Below, piece after piece: positions 13,246-21,914 of a DNA stretch of 64,000 nt. The stretch covers positions 5,215 through 69,214 of the forward strand of contig MFFQ01000023.1 in assembly GCA_001780165.1 (NCBI GenBank), written 5' to 3'. The notes beneath the pieces are model-generated. The model did no database searches. It worked only from the letters and a program-made list of their open reading frames with translations, and was not told the DNA's origin. Positions within the stretch are counted from its first letter, which is position 1, and the number at the start of each line of letters is the position of its first letter. This DNA is from Candidatus Eisenbacteria bacterium RBG_16_71_46 (lineage in GTDB: Bacteria; Eisenbacteria; RBG-16-71-46). The position numbers and the translations under genes are program-made.

Positions 13246-13647
13246 TCAGCCTCCGGCCGCGGCACCGGCCCGGCTCGCCATGACCAGGGCGGCCCCGGTC
13301 ACGTAGGCCACCACCCACCAGGAGTAGGCGTAGCGGGAGTAGAGGTGAAGGCCGCGCGGGACGCTCCCCGACCCGTGGCGACGGTACTGCCGCCAGACCA
13401 GCACCGTGTCGGTGAGCATCGCCGCCAGCGCCGAGTAGCCGAGGAAACCGTGCAGCGTGAACAGCGAGCGGCTGGTGCCGAGGATCATGCAGGTGGTGGC
13501 GATCACGTCGAACCCCACGCCCACGGTGAGAAAGGCGAGGATGCCCGGAGTGACCTGCCGGCGCCGCTGTTCGCGGATGATGCCGATCGAGTACGAGAGC
13601 AGCGCCAGATTGACGATGATCACACCGGCTCTGAGAAACGGATTCAC
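13246..13647 (-). CDS. Small integral membrane protein, unknown function
   Basis: GTG start 5 nt after GGAGG; 3-4 predicted TM segments; 133 aa. Confidence 0.5.
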   Translation of the reverse strand: MNPFLRAGVIIVNLALLSYSIGIIREQRRRQVTPGILAFLTVGVGFDVIATTCMILGTSRSLFTLHGFLGYSALAAMLTDTVLVWRQYRRHGSGSVPRGLHLYSRYAYSWWVVAYVTGAALVMASRAGAAAGG

Positions 13648-13720
13648 GCGGTCCTCCCGTGGAATGATGTCCCCCCGCGCGACGCCGGGTGCCACCCGCG
13701 GCGGGCGGCGCTCCGTCGCC

Positions 13721-14689
13721 TCAGGGAATGAGCAGGATCTTGCCCGTGGTGGCCCTTGCCTCCAGCCTGCGATGGGCCTCCGCGGCGTGCTCGAGCGGTA
13801 GCTCGGCCCCGACGCGAAGGACGAGCCTCCCCTCCCGCACCCAGCCCAGCACCTCGCCCGCGCGCGCCAGCAGCTCCGCGCGCGTCGCGACGTAGTGGGT
13901 GAGGCTCGGCCTCGTGAGGGAGAGCGAGCCGCGCTGGCTCAGCAGCTGGGGATCGAATGGCGCGACCGGCCCGCTCGACTGGCCGAACAGCACCAGCGTC
14001 CCGCGCGGCGCCAGGCAGCGCAGGCTCTTCTCGAACGTCGTCCGCCCCACCGAGTCGTACACCACCTGCACCCCGGCGCCGCCCGTGAGGCGCCTCACCT
14101 CGGCCTCGAAATCCTGTTCGGCATAGAGAATCACGTCGTCGGCGTGGGCTTCGCGCGCCAGGGCCGCCTTCGCCGGGGTGGACACGGTGCCGATCACGCG
14201 CGCGCCGCGCATCCGGGCGATCTGGCACAACAGCAGCCCGACCCCTCCGGCCGCGGCATGGACCAGGCAGGTGTCGCCCGGCCCGAGCGGACGGGTCGTG
14301 CAGGCGAGGTAGTGCGCGGTCATGCCCTGGAGCATCGCCGCGGCGCCCTGGCGCGCGCCCACGCCCTCCGGCAGGCGGACGAGACGCTCGGCGGCTACCA
14401 CCGCCAGGCCGGCGTAGGATCCGAGCGTGCCCTGGTAGGCGACGCGATCCCCGAGACGCACGCCGGCGACCCCGCGGCCGACGGCGGCCACCGTCCCCGC
14501 CGCTTCGGAGCCCAGGGTGCAGGGAAGCTCCACCGGATACGCGCCGGTCCGACGATAGATGTCGATGAAGTTGACGCCCACCGCTTCGATGCGGACCAGC
14601 GCCTGACCCGCCCCCGGCAGGGGATCGGGCACCTCCTCGTAGCTGAGCGCCTCCGGTCCTCCGAAGGCATGCAGGCGGATCGCTTTCAT
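13721..14689 (-). CDS. qor: NADPH:quinone oxidoreductase (zeta-crystallin / MDR family)
   Basis: GAAGGVG cofactor motif, MDR fold signature; 322 aa. Confidence 0.85.
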   Translation of the reverse strand: MKAIRLHAFGGPEALSYEEVPDPLPGAGQALVRIEAVGVNFIDIYRRTGAYPVELPCTLGSEAAGTVAAVGRGVAGVRLGDRVAYQGTLGSYAGLAVVAAERLVRLPEGVGARQGAAAMLQGMTAHYLACTTRPLGPGDTCLVHAAAGGVGLLLCQIARMRGARVIGTVSTPAKAALAREAHADDVILYAEQDFEAEVRRLTGGAGVQVVYDSVGRTTFEKSLRCLAPRGTLVLFGQSSGPVAPFDPQLLSQRGSLSLTRPSLTHYVATRAELLARAGEVLGWVREGRLVLRVGAELPLEHAAEAHRRLEARATTGKILLIP

Positions 14690-14802
14690 GGGTCTCCTCC
14701 CGGCCGCGCCGCCCGGCGGGGCGCTGCGCGCGGCCGGCCCGGGGCCGCGAAGGCCGAGGCAGCATGATACAGTGCGCGACGATGGATGCGGAGGGGCGTT
14801 CG

Positions 14803-15801
14803 ATGGCCGATGAGAATCTGCAGGTCGTCTTTGGCGCGGGACAGGTCGGACCGCCTCTCGCCGCCATCCTGCGGGAGAGCGGCCTGCAGGTGCGGATCGT
14901 GCGGCGCTCGTCGGGCGGGGACCTCGGCGGCATCCCGGTGGTCGAGGGCGATGCCGGCGATCCCGCGTTCGCGACCGCGGTCTCGAGCGGTGCGGCCGCG
15001 ATCTACCACTGCCTCAATCCCGCCTACGACGAGAAGGAATGGGCACGGGAGCTACCGCGGTTCATGGAAGCCCTGATCGCGGCGGCCTCGCGCACCGGCG
15101 CCCGGCTGGTCGTGCTCGACAATCTCTACTCGCTCGGCAGCACCGAGGGTCGTCCGATCAACGAGGACACGCCGACGAATCCGATTTCGCGCAAGGGCGA
15201 GATCCGGGCCCGGGTCGCGGCGACGCTGTTCGAGGCCCATCGCCGAGGGGACGCGCGCGCGGTCGTGGGGCGCGCTTCCGACTTCTACGGACCCCGCGGG
15301 CACGGGACGTTCTTCGGCGACCTGTTCTGGAACCGGGTGCTCGCCGGGAAGAGCGCGCAGGCGCCGATGAACCCCGACACGCGCCACAGCTGGCATTACA
15401 TCCCCGACGTCGCCGCCGGCCTGGCCACGCTCGGGAGCGCCTCCGACGACGTGTGCGGGAGCGCGTGGATGTTGCCGGTGGCGCCTGCCGTCACGACGCG
15501 CGACATGGTGGAGCGACTGGGCGAGGCGCTCGGCCGGGAGATCCGGATCGAACGGGTCCCGTCGTGGATGCTGGCCGCGATGGGGTGGTTCGTCCCCGTG
15601 CTGCGCGAAGTGTCGGAGATGCTCTATCAATGGGACGAGCCGTTCGTCGTCGACGACTCGCGGTTCCGCGCGCGCTTCAGCCACATGCCGACCGCGCTCG
15701 ATGCCGGCGTCCGCGAGACCGTGGCCTGGGCGCGGGCGACCTTCGGCGCCGCCGGCAAGCGGACCGCCGGCGCGCAGCCGGCGGGCGTGGAAAGCCGCTA
15801 G
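14803..15801 (+). CDS. NAD-dependent epimerase/dehydratase family (SDR-like) protein
   Basis: N-terminal VVFGAGQVG Rossmann motif; start ATG with GGAGG 8 nt upstream. Confidence 0.7.
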   Translation: MADENLQVVFGAGQVGPPLAAILRESGLQVRIVRRSSGGDLGGIPVVEGDAGDPAFATAVSSGAAAIYHCLNPAYDEKEWARELPRFMEALIAAASRTGARLVVLDNLYSLGSTEGRPINEDTPTNPISRKGEIRARVAATLFEAHRRGDARAVVGRASDFYGPRGHGTFFGDLFWNRVLAGKSAQAPMNPDTRHSWHYIPDVAAGLATLGSASDDVCGSAWMLPVAPAVTTRDMVERLGEALGREIRIERVPSWMLAAMGWFVPVLREVSEMLYQWDEPFVVDDSRFRARFSHMPTALDAGVRETVAWARATFGAAGKRTAGAQPAGVESR

Positions 15802-15843
15802 CCCACCGGCGCGTCCGCCCCCCGCTCACGGTCCACTCGTCGC

Positions 15844-16215
15844 GTGTCGCTTCCGGACAAGCCGCTCCTCGTCTACGATGGCGATTGCGGCTTCTGCCGC
15901 GTGTGGATCGCGCGCTGGCGCCGCACCACGGGCGACCGCGTCGAATACGCGCCGTACCAGGAGGCCGCCGCCCGCTTCCCCGAGATGCCGATCGAGCGCT
16001 TTCGCGGCGCGGTCCAGCTGGTGGAGCCGGACGGACGCTGGTCCGCCGGGGCGGAGGCGGTGTTCCGCTCGCTCGCCCACGCGCCCGGCCGCGGCTGGGG
16101 TCTGTGGCTCTACCTTCGGCTGCCAGGCTTCGCCCCGGTGAGCGAGTGGTGCTACCGGCGGGTGGCGCGGCACCGTTCCGCGCTCGAGCGGATCACCCGC
16201 TGGATCGGGTGGTGA
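15844..16215 (+). CDS. DCC-family thiol-disulfide oxidoreductase (DUF393)
   Basis: YDGDCGFC motif; 123 aa. Confidence 0.7.
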   Translation: MSLPDKPLLVYDGDCGFCRVWIARWRRTTGDRVEYAPYQEAAARFPEMPIERFRGAVQLVEPDGRWSAGAEAVFRSLAHAPGRGWGLWLYLRLPGFAPVSEWCYRRVARHRSALERITRWIGW

Positions 16216-16350
16216 TCATCCGGTCGCGCGGCGCGAGCCCGGCAAGCCCCCACGCGGCCCCGGGTGCGAGGAGGCCTGGAGCCGAAGCGTCGCGGCGCTC
16301 GCGGCGGGCGGACCCTCGGACTACGGGACGACCCGACTCCACCGGAGAAC

Positions 16351-16515
16351 CTAGTGCGAGTCCCCCGCGCCCCCGTGCTGCCCCTGCTCGAGCGCGCGCT
16401 CGCGCTTCTTCGAGAGCGCGCCCACACCGATGAACAGCGCCACCAGCACCAGCACCCAGAAGGCGCCGAAGATCGTGAACACGGCGCGGAGGGCCGAACC
16501 GAAATCGAGAATCAT
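16351..16515 (-). CDS. Possible 54-aa single-TM membrane peptide
   Basis: Hydrophobic core FTIFGAFWVLVLVALFIGVGAL; GGAG upstream of ATG; weak call. Confidence 0.3.
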   Translation of the reverse strand: MILDFGSALRAVFTIFGAFWVLVLVALFIGVGALSKKRERALEQGQHGGAGDSH

Positions 16516-16702
16516 GACCGTGGATCTCCGTGAACCCAGGTGTGCGAACCGGTGCCGCGAGCGCGGCGCCACGGACCGGATGGACCGCGGCGCATCCTAG
16601 CACCTCCCGGGCGCGGCCGGCAGCCCGGGGGCCTGCCGCGTGGGCTCGGGTCCGACCGCGGTGCGACCCGGCCTCCGCGGACATGCCGCGATCCCCAACG
16701 CG

Positions 16703-16738
16703 CCTCGCCCCACGCGGCCGAAGCCTCGTGGGGCGAGG
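16703..16738 (-). terminator. Long GC hairpin with UUCG tetraloop (CCUCGCCCCACG...CGUGGGGCGAGG) downstream of the secreted-protein gene
   Basis: 12-bp outer stem plus inner GGC/GCC around UUCG; 48 nt after the stop; no strong U-tract. Confidence 0.35.
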
Positions 16739-16785
16739 GTGTCACATCCGCACCGGAAACGGCCAAGCCGCGCCGGCTGAAGCTG

Positions 16786-17589
16786 CTACCGATAAATCGC
16801 CTTGATCGTGCCCCAGGTGGATGCCTTGACCGCGGTCGGGGCGGTGTTGAGGAAGAAGATGTCGAAGAACGAGGAAACCGCGTGGGCGCTGGGATCGCCG
16901 TTGGTCAGCCGGTGCTGCGCGAATCCGCCGAGGCGCGCGTTGTCCATGATGCCGTAGCAGCCGTGCCACTCCTCACCCAGGGTGCAGTTACCGAAGGTCA
17001 GCCAGGGGCTGGTGTAGGTGTTGCCCAGATAGACGACCTCGTACTGGACACGACCCTCGTCGCCCACCGTATTGGACCGGGGGTCGTACTGGATCTCGAG
17101 GCTGATCGGATTGCCCTTGGTGTAGTGAAGGTTGAAACCACCCGGATCCGAGAACGAATAGAACGGCAGCACGCCGCCGAAGGCGGCGATCTCGCCGTCC
17201 GGGACGCGCACGTTGAAGCGGCCATCCACGTTGGGGCTCCACCAGGGGCCGACGCGCAGGCCGGCTTCGCTGCCGTTGACGTCGTTGCCGCTGATGACCA
17301 GCGTCGCCCTGAGCGTGAAGGCGTCGCCGTTGCCGTACCAGTGCGGGTTCACACCGTCCTGCGACAGCGTCCAGTTGTGGAGATTGGCGAAGCCGAAGCA
17401 GTCGAGTCCGTCTTCGTCGAACTCGACCAGGGCCGGGTAGGTGTTCGTGGGGATGAGAACCGAGCCGGGGCAATCGTTGAAGATGCGCGTCTTCAAGACG
17501 ACGCTGTTGGCCCACGGCGTCGCGAATGCGGTCGATGCCACGAGCAACAGCGCGGCAAAGCCGAGAATGGTGTAGCTGATCCGCTTCAT
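16786..17589 (-). CDS. Secreted protein of unknown function (beta-rich, signal peptide) under its own LacI-type operator; ends ...TWGTIKAIYR
   Basis: Signal peptide MKRISYTILGFAALLLVASTAFA; AGGAGG 7 nt upstream of ATG; 267 aa. Confidence 0.65.
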   Translation of the reverse strand: MKRISYTILGFAALLLVASTAFATPWANSVVLKTRIFNDCPGSVLIPTNTYPALVEFDEDGLDCFGFANLHNWTLSQDGVNPHWYGNGDAFTLRATLVISGNDVNGSEAGLRVGPWWSPNVDGRFNVRVPDGEIAAFGGVLPFYSFSDPGGFNLHYTKGNPISLEIQYDPRSNTVGDEGRVQYEVVYLGNTYTSPWLTFGNCTLGEEWHGCYGIMDNARLGGFAQHRLTNGDPSAHAVSSFFDIFFLNTAPTAVKASTWGTIKAIYR

Positions 17590-17839
17590 GATGTTCCTCC
17601 TGGGGTTTGAAGGACGACGACGAACGAGGTGCCTGCGGATCGAACGGTTTCTGCCGGCGTCTGGGATCGCCGGCGATTGCTGCTCCCGAGAGGGTCTCGC
17701 GGCACGGCCGGCCTCGCCGGCCCGCCGCGACTCCCGCACGAGAGGCGCTGCTCCAGCATGTCGCGCCGATCGCGTGATCCGGCGGACAAGCCACCGGCCG
17801 CGGATGAGGCCGCCACCCGAAACCGGTCACTCCTACGCC

Positions 17840-17876
17840 TGTAAACGGTTACATAGATGATGCAACTTTGTCAAGC
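17840..17876. promoter_or_regulatory. LacI-family operator copy A (TGTAAACGGTTACA, 17840-17853) plus TTGTCAAGC box (17868-17876) upstream of the orphan secreted-protein gene
   Basis: 14-bp CG-centred imperfect palindrome; same bipartite motif at 32765-32800 and 43195-43222. Confidence 0.55.
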
Positions 17877-17889
17877 GCTCGTCGGCCTT

Positions 17890-20800
17890 CTATTCCATTG
17901 GCTCGCGGGGCTCTCGGGTCCCGCGGGGCGCTCGTTTCCTCTCGTCGGGGGCCCCGCCGAGGGTGACCTCCACCCGATGGAGTCCCCCGTCGTGGACCAG
18001 CGGCACGCGGGCCGCGCCGTCCCGGACCGTCACCGTCGCGCCGTCCGCGCTCGCCGCGATCACCGCCGCGGCGCTGGCGCCCGGGTTCTCGATCACGATC
18101 TCGTAGCGCGTGGTCTCGTCCGGGAGCCGGTAGTCGATCGTGCAGCGGTGCCACGGGTCGGGAATGCACGGACGGATGACGAGCGCTTCGCCGCCCTCGA
18201 CCCGGACTCCGAGCACGGATTCGACGGCGGTCCGGAACATCCAGCCGGCGGAGCCCGTGTACCACGTCCAGCCTCCGCGGCCGACGTGGGGCGGCTCGCC
18301 GTAGACGTCGGCGGCGATGACGTAGGGCTCGACCCGGTAGGTCGACACCTGCTCCGGGGTGAGGGCATGGCTCACCGGGCTCAGCATCTCGAGCAGCTTC
18401 GCCGCGCGCTCCCGGCGGCCGGCTTGCGCCAGCGCGCCCACGAACCACAGCGCCGCGTGGGTGTACTGACCCCCGTTCTCGCGCACGCCAGGCACGTAGC
18501 CCTTGATGTAGCCCGGCTCGCGGGGCGTGCGGTCGAACGGCGGCGCGAGCAGCCGAACGATGCCGTCCCGCTCGGACACCAGCAGGCGCTCCACCGCGTC
18601 GAGCGCCCGCGCGGCGCGCGCCGGCGGAGCGGCGCCGGAGAGCACGGCCCAGGCCTGGGCGAGCGCGTCGATCCGGCACTCGTCGCTCGCCCGCGAGCCG
18701 AGCGGGGCGCCGTCGTCGTAGAAGCCTCGGCGGTACCATTCGCCGTCCCATCCCGCGTCGTTCACCGCCGCGCGGAGCGCTTCGCGATGGCGGCGATAGC
18801 GCGCCCCCCGCTCGCGATCGCCCCGGCGCTCACACAGCGGGGCGAACTCGCCGAGGATGGCGTGGAGGAAGAAGCCCATCCACACGCTCTCGCCCCTGCC
18901 TTCATGACCGACCAGGTTCATGCCGTCGTTCCAGTCCCCGGCGCCGAAGAGGGGCAGTCCGTGCGCGCCGCACTCCAGCGAGCGGTCGATCGCGCGGCAG
19001 CAGTGCTCGTAGAGGCTCGCCGACTGGCCCGAGTCCTCGGGCTCGAGGAACGCCTCGTCCTCCCCCTCCTCGAGCGGGCGCGCCACGAGGAAGGGTGCCA
19101 CCCGCTCCAGGATCTCCTCGTCCCCGGTGGCGCGGACGTACTGCGCCGTGATGTGGGGCAGCCACAGCAGATCGTCGGCGAAGCGCGTGCGCAAGCCGCG
19201 ATCGAGCGGTGGGTGCCACCAGTGGAGCACGTCGCCCTCGACGAACTGGTGCCCGGCATGCAGCAGGATCTGCTCGCGGGCGAGCCGAGGGCGGACCCCG
19301 GCGAAGGCGGCGGCGTCCTGGAGCTGGTCGCGGAAGCCGAAGGCCCCCCCCGACTGGTAGAAGGCGGAGCGCCCCCAGATGCGGCAGGCGAGGTCCTGGT
19401 AGAGCAGCCAGCCGTTGACCATGAGGTCGATCGCGGGCACGGGGGTGTGGACCCGGACGCGCGAGAGGAGATCGGACCAGAACCCCCGGACCTCGTCGAA
19501 CGCGCGATCGATCGCTCCGGGCTCGCGGTAGCGCGCGATCAGCGCGCGCGCCTGGTCGTCACCCGCGCCCTCGCCGAGCAGGAACGCGCACTCCACGCTC
19601 GCTCCGGCCGGGATCTCCAGCTCGCACTGCTCGGCGAAGCAGGGATCGAGGCCGGCGCCCGTGCGGCCGTCGAGGGTCGCCCCGCGCCGGAGTACCAGCG
19701 GTCGCTCGGGTCCGCCGCCCCGGCCGATGAACGCCTCGCGGTCGCCGCTGAAATGGACCGGCAAAGGGCTCCCGCGGGTCACGACGGCGGCGAAGGCGAC
19801 CCGGTCCGCATGCTCGCCGGCGGCCGGATTGCGGGCGAGCAAGGCCTTCACTCCCGCGTCGAAACCGGTGACCACGAAACGCCCGCTTTCCCCAGGCGAC
19901 CCGCCGAGCACCAGCCGCTGGTAGCCGAACAACGACAGGCGCCGCGTTCGGCGGCCGCGGTTGTGGAGTCGCACCCGGGTGATCTTCACCGGGTCGTGGC
20001 GGGGGACGAAGACGCAGACCTCCTGCTCGAGCCCCTCGCTCACGTGCCGGCAGCGGCTGTACCCGAAACCATGCCGCATCTCGTAGTCGGCCGGCTGCGG
20101 CACGGGCCCCGGCAGCGGCGACCAGTACGCCCCGGACTCCTCGTCGCGCAGGTAGAGCGCCTCGCCGTGCGGGTCCAGCACCGGATCGTTGGACCAGGGT
20201 GTGAGGCGATGCTCGCGGCTGTTGCAGCTCCAGGTGCAGCCGGCGCCGGTCTCGCTGACGATGAAGCCGAATCCCTCGTTGGCCACCACGTTCACCCACG
20301 GCAGCGGCGGTTGCAGCAGCCCCGCGTGTGGCCGGTGCGCGAGGCGGATCACGTACTCGCCGCCCTCGCCGAAGCCGCCGAAGCCGTTGAAGCACTCGAG
20401 CGGTTCGGTGAACAGGCCGCCCGCCCCGCTCAACGCCTCGCCCACCGCGGGGCGCCCGTCGCCGGGCCCGGGCGGCGGGGCCGGCGGCGGGCGCGCCGCG
20501 ACCTCGTGCAGGTCGATCGCCGTGGGCGAGGGGCGCGAGCCGTCCACCAGCAGGTGCGCGGCGGCGAGGAGCAGGTCCACCTCCGCCTCCGGCATGTCCC
20601 GGGTGCTACGGACCTGCACGCCCTCGCCTCCCGCCCGCGGCACGCCGCCTGGCAGGCGCTCCGGATCGGCGCACAGCACGACCAGATCCACGTCGAGCCC
20701 GAGCGCCCGCCAGTAGCGATGCGCGGCGAGCAGCGCGGCGAGCCCCTCGAGATCCACCGGCGCGCGCGCATCGGCGACCGCCAGGGGCCTCTGCGGGGAG

Positions 20801-21870
20801 AGCCCGAGTGCCGCGAGGCTGGCGCGGGAGCCGCTCGCCCGCGCGATCCGCTCGGGATCCGCCCGCAGGCGCGGGTGGGCGTAGAGCAGCCCACCGGCCA
20901 GCGCCTGGTAGCGCTCCGCCTCCTCGGGCGAGATCCCGAGGCGGCGCAGCTCCTCCCCCGCGGCGGACTCGGCCGCGGCGAGCATCTCCTCCACGCGCGC
21001 CGGCGCCGAGACGTGGTCGAGCAGTCCCAATGCCTCGCTCCGCCCGGGTGCGGCGCCGAGTACGAACACCAGCTGCGCGCTCGCCCCCGGGCCGAGATCC
21101 ACCGCGCGCCGCAGGGCGAAGATGGGGTCGAGCACGCTTCCGGTCGCACCCGACAACGGCGCACCCGGTCGCAGGGCCTGGGGCCGGTCGAGGCCGGCGC
21201 CGCGTCCGATGAAGCGCGCGCGGTCGGTCTCGTGCTCGAGCGCGCCGTCGCCGAGCAGCGCGTGCACCATCCACGGGAGGCGCTCGCCGCGCTCACGCGG
21301 CCGGCGGCGCGCGAGCAGCGCGCCGCTCCCGGGATCGAATTCGGTCTGGACGAAGAGCTTCGAGAACGCCAGGTGGCTCCGGTCGGCGGCGCGCCCGGCG
21401 AGCACGACTTCGACGTAGCTGGCCAGGTCGAGCGCGCGCGAGCGCGCGGAGCGGTTGCGCAGCGTGATCCGCCGCATCTCCAGCGCCGCCCGCGGCGCCA
21501 CCACGGCCTCGAGGCGCGCCTCGATGCCGTCGTCGTCGCGCGCGATCTCCACCCGCCCCGGCCGCCAGGTCGCCCGGTAGTCGCCCGCCGGGCGCCGGAC
21601 CGGCTGAGATCCGAGCGACCACAGGGCGCCCGACTCCCGGTCACGCAGGTAGAGGAAGCAGCCGTCGCGATCCTCGACCCGGTCGCCGGCCCAGCGGGTG
21701 AGCGCCAGCTCCCCCAGCCACGAGCCCCCGGTTCCGGCGGCGCTGAGGAGGGTGGTGTAGTCGCCGTTCGAGAGCAGCCATGCCGGCGGCGCCGGAGCAT
21801 CGAGCGGATCCGGCGTGGCGCTCGCGAGCGCGCCCGCGAGGCGCGAGCCGGCTTCACGCATGGCGACCAC
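17890..21870 (-). CDS. GH94 glycoside phosphorylase, 1326 aa, two N-terminal beta-sandwich repeats plus (alpha/alpha)6 catalytic domain; cyclic-beta-1,2-glucan-synthase C-terminal-like
   Basis: Catalytic-region motif FGAGDWNDGMN; repeated FxxGxGxF...YVI N-domains; RBS GAAGGTGG. Confidence 0.8.
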   Translation of the reverse strand: MVAMREAGSRLAGALASATPDPLDAPAPPAWLLSNGDYTTLLSAAGTGGSWLGELALTRWAGDRVEDRDGCFLYLRDRESGALWSLGSQPVRRPAGDYRATWRPGRVEIARDDDGIEARLEAVVAPRAALEMRRITLRNRSARSRALDLASYVEVVLAGRAADRSHLAFSKLFVQTEFDPGSGALLARRRPRERGERLPWMVHALLGDGALEHETDRARFIGRGAGLDRPQALRPGAPLSGATGSVLDPIFALRRAVDLGPGASAQLVFVLGAAPGRSEALGLLDHVSAPARVEEMLAAAESAAGEELRRLGISPEEAERYQALAGGLLYAHPRLRADPERIARASGSRASLAALGLSPQRPLAVADARAPVDLEGLAALLAAHRYWRALGLDVDLVVLCADPERLPGGVPRAGGEGVQVRSTRDMPEAEVDLLLAAAHLLVDGSRPSPTAIDLHEVAARPPPAPPPGPGDGRPAVGEALSGAGGLFTEPLECFNGFGGFGEGGEYVIRLAHRPHAGLLQPPLPWVNVVANEGFGFIVSETGAGCTWSCNSREHRLTPWSNDPVLDPHGEALYLRDEESGAYWSPLPGPVPQPADYEMRHGFGYSRCRHVSEGLEQEVCVFVPRHDPVKITRVRLHNRGRRTRRLSLFGYQRLVLGGSPGESGRFVVTGFDAGVKALLARNPAAGEHADRVAFAAVVTRGSPLPVHFSGDREAFIGRGGGPERPLVLRRGATLDGRTGAGLDPCFAEQCELEIPAGASVECAFLLGEGAGDDQARALIARYREPGAIDRAFDEVRGFWSDLLSRVRVHTPVPAIDLMVNGWLLYQDLACRIWGRSAFYQSGGAFGFRDQLQDAAAFAGVRPRLAREQILLHAGHQFVEGDVLHWWHPPLDRGLRTRFADDLLWLPHITAQYVRATGDEEILERVAPFLVARPLEEGEDEAFLEPEDSGQSASLYEHCCRAIDRSLECGAHGLPLFGAGDWNDGMNLVGHEGRGESVWMGFFLHAILGEFAPLCERRGDRERGARYRRHREALRAAVNDAGWDGEWYRRGFYDDGAPLGSRASDECRIDALAQAWAVLSGAAPPARAARALDAVERLLVSERDGIVRLLAPPFDRTPREPGYIKGYVPGVRENGGQYTHAALWFVGALAQAGRRERAAKLLEMLSPVSHALTPEQVSTYRVEPYVIAADVYGEPPHVGRGGWTWYTGSAGWMFRTAVESVLGVRVEGGEALVIRPCIPDPWHRCTIDYRLPDETTRYEIVIENPGASAAAVIAASADGATVTVRDGAARVPLVHDGGLHRVEVTLGGAPDERKRAPRGTREPREPME

Positions 21871-21914
21871 CTTCTCGAACCGCGCCCGTCCCGGCGGCCG
21901 GTTCGCTCATCGAC

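Noticed and set aside
16988-17830. 280-aa alternative-frame ORF overlapping the secreted-protein gene
   Set aside because: The 16786-17589 frame has a canonical signal peptide and AGGAGG RBS; the alternative frame is R/G/P-rich without features.
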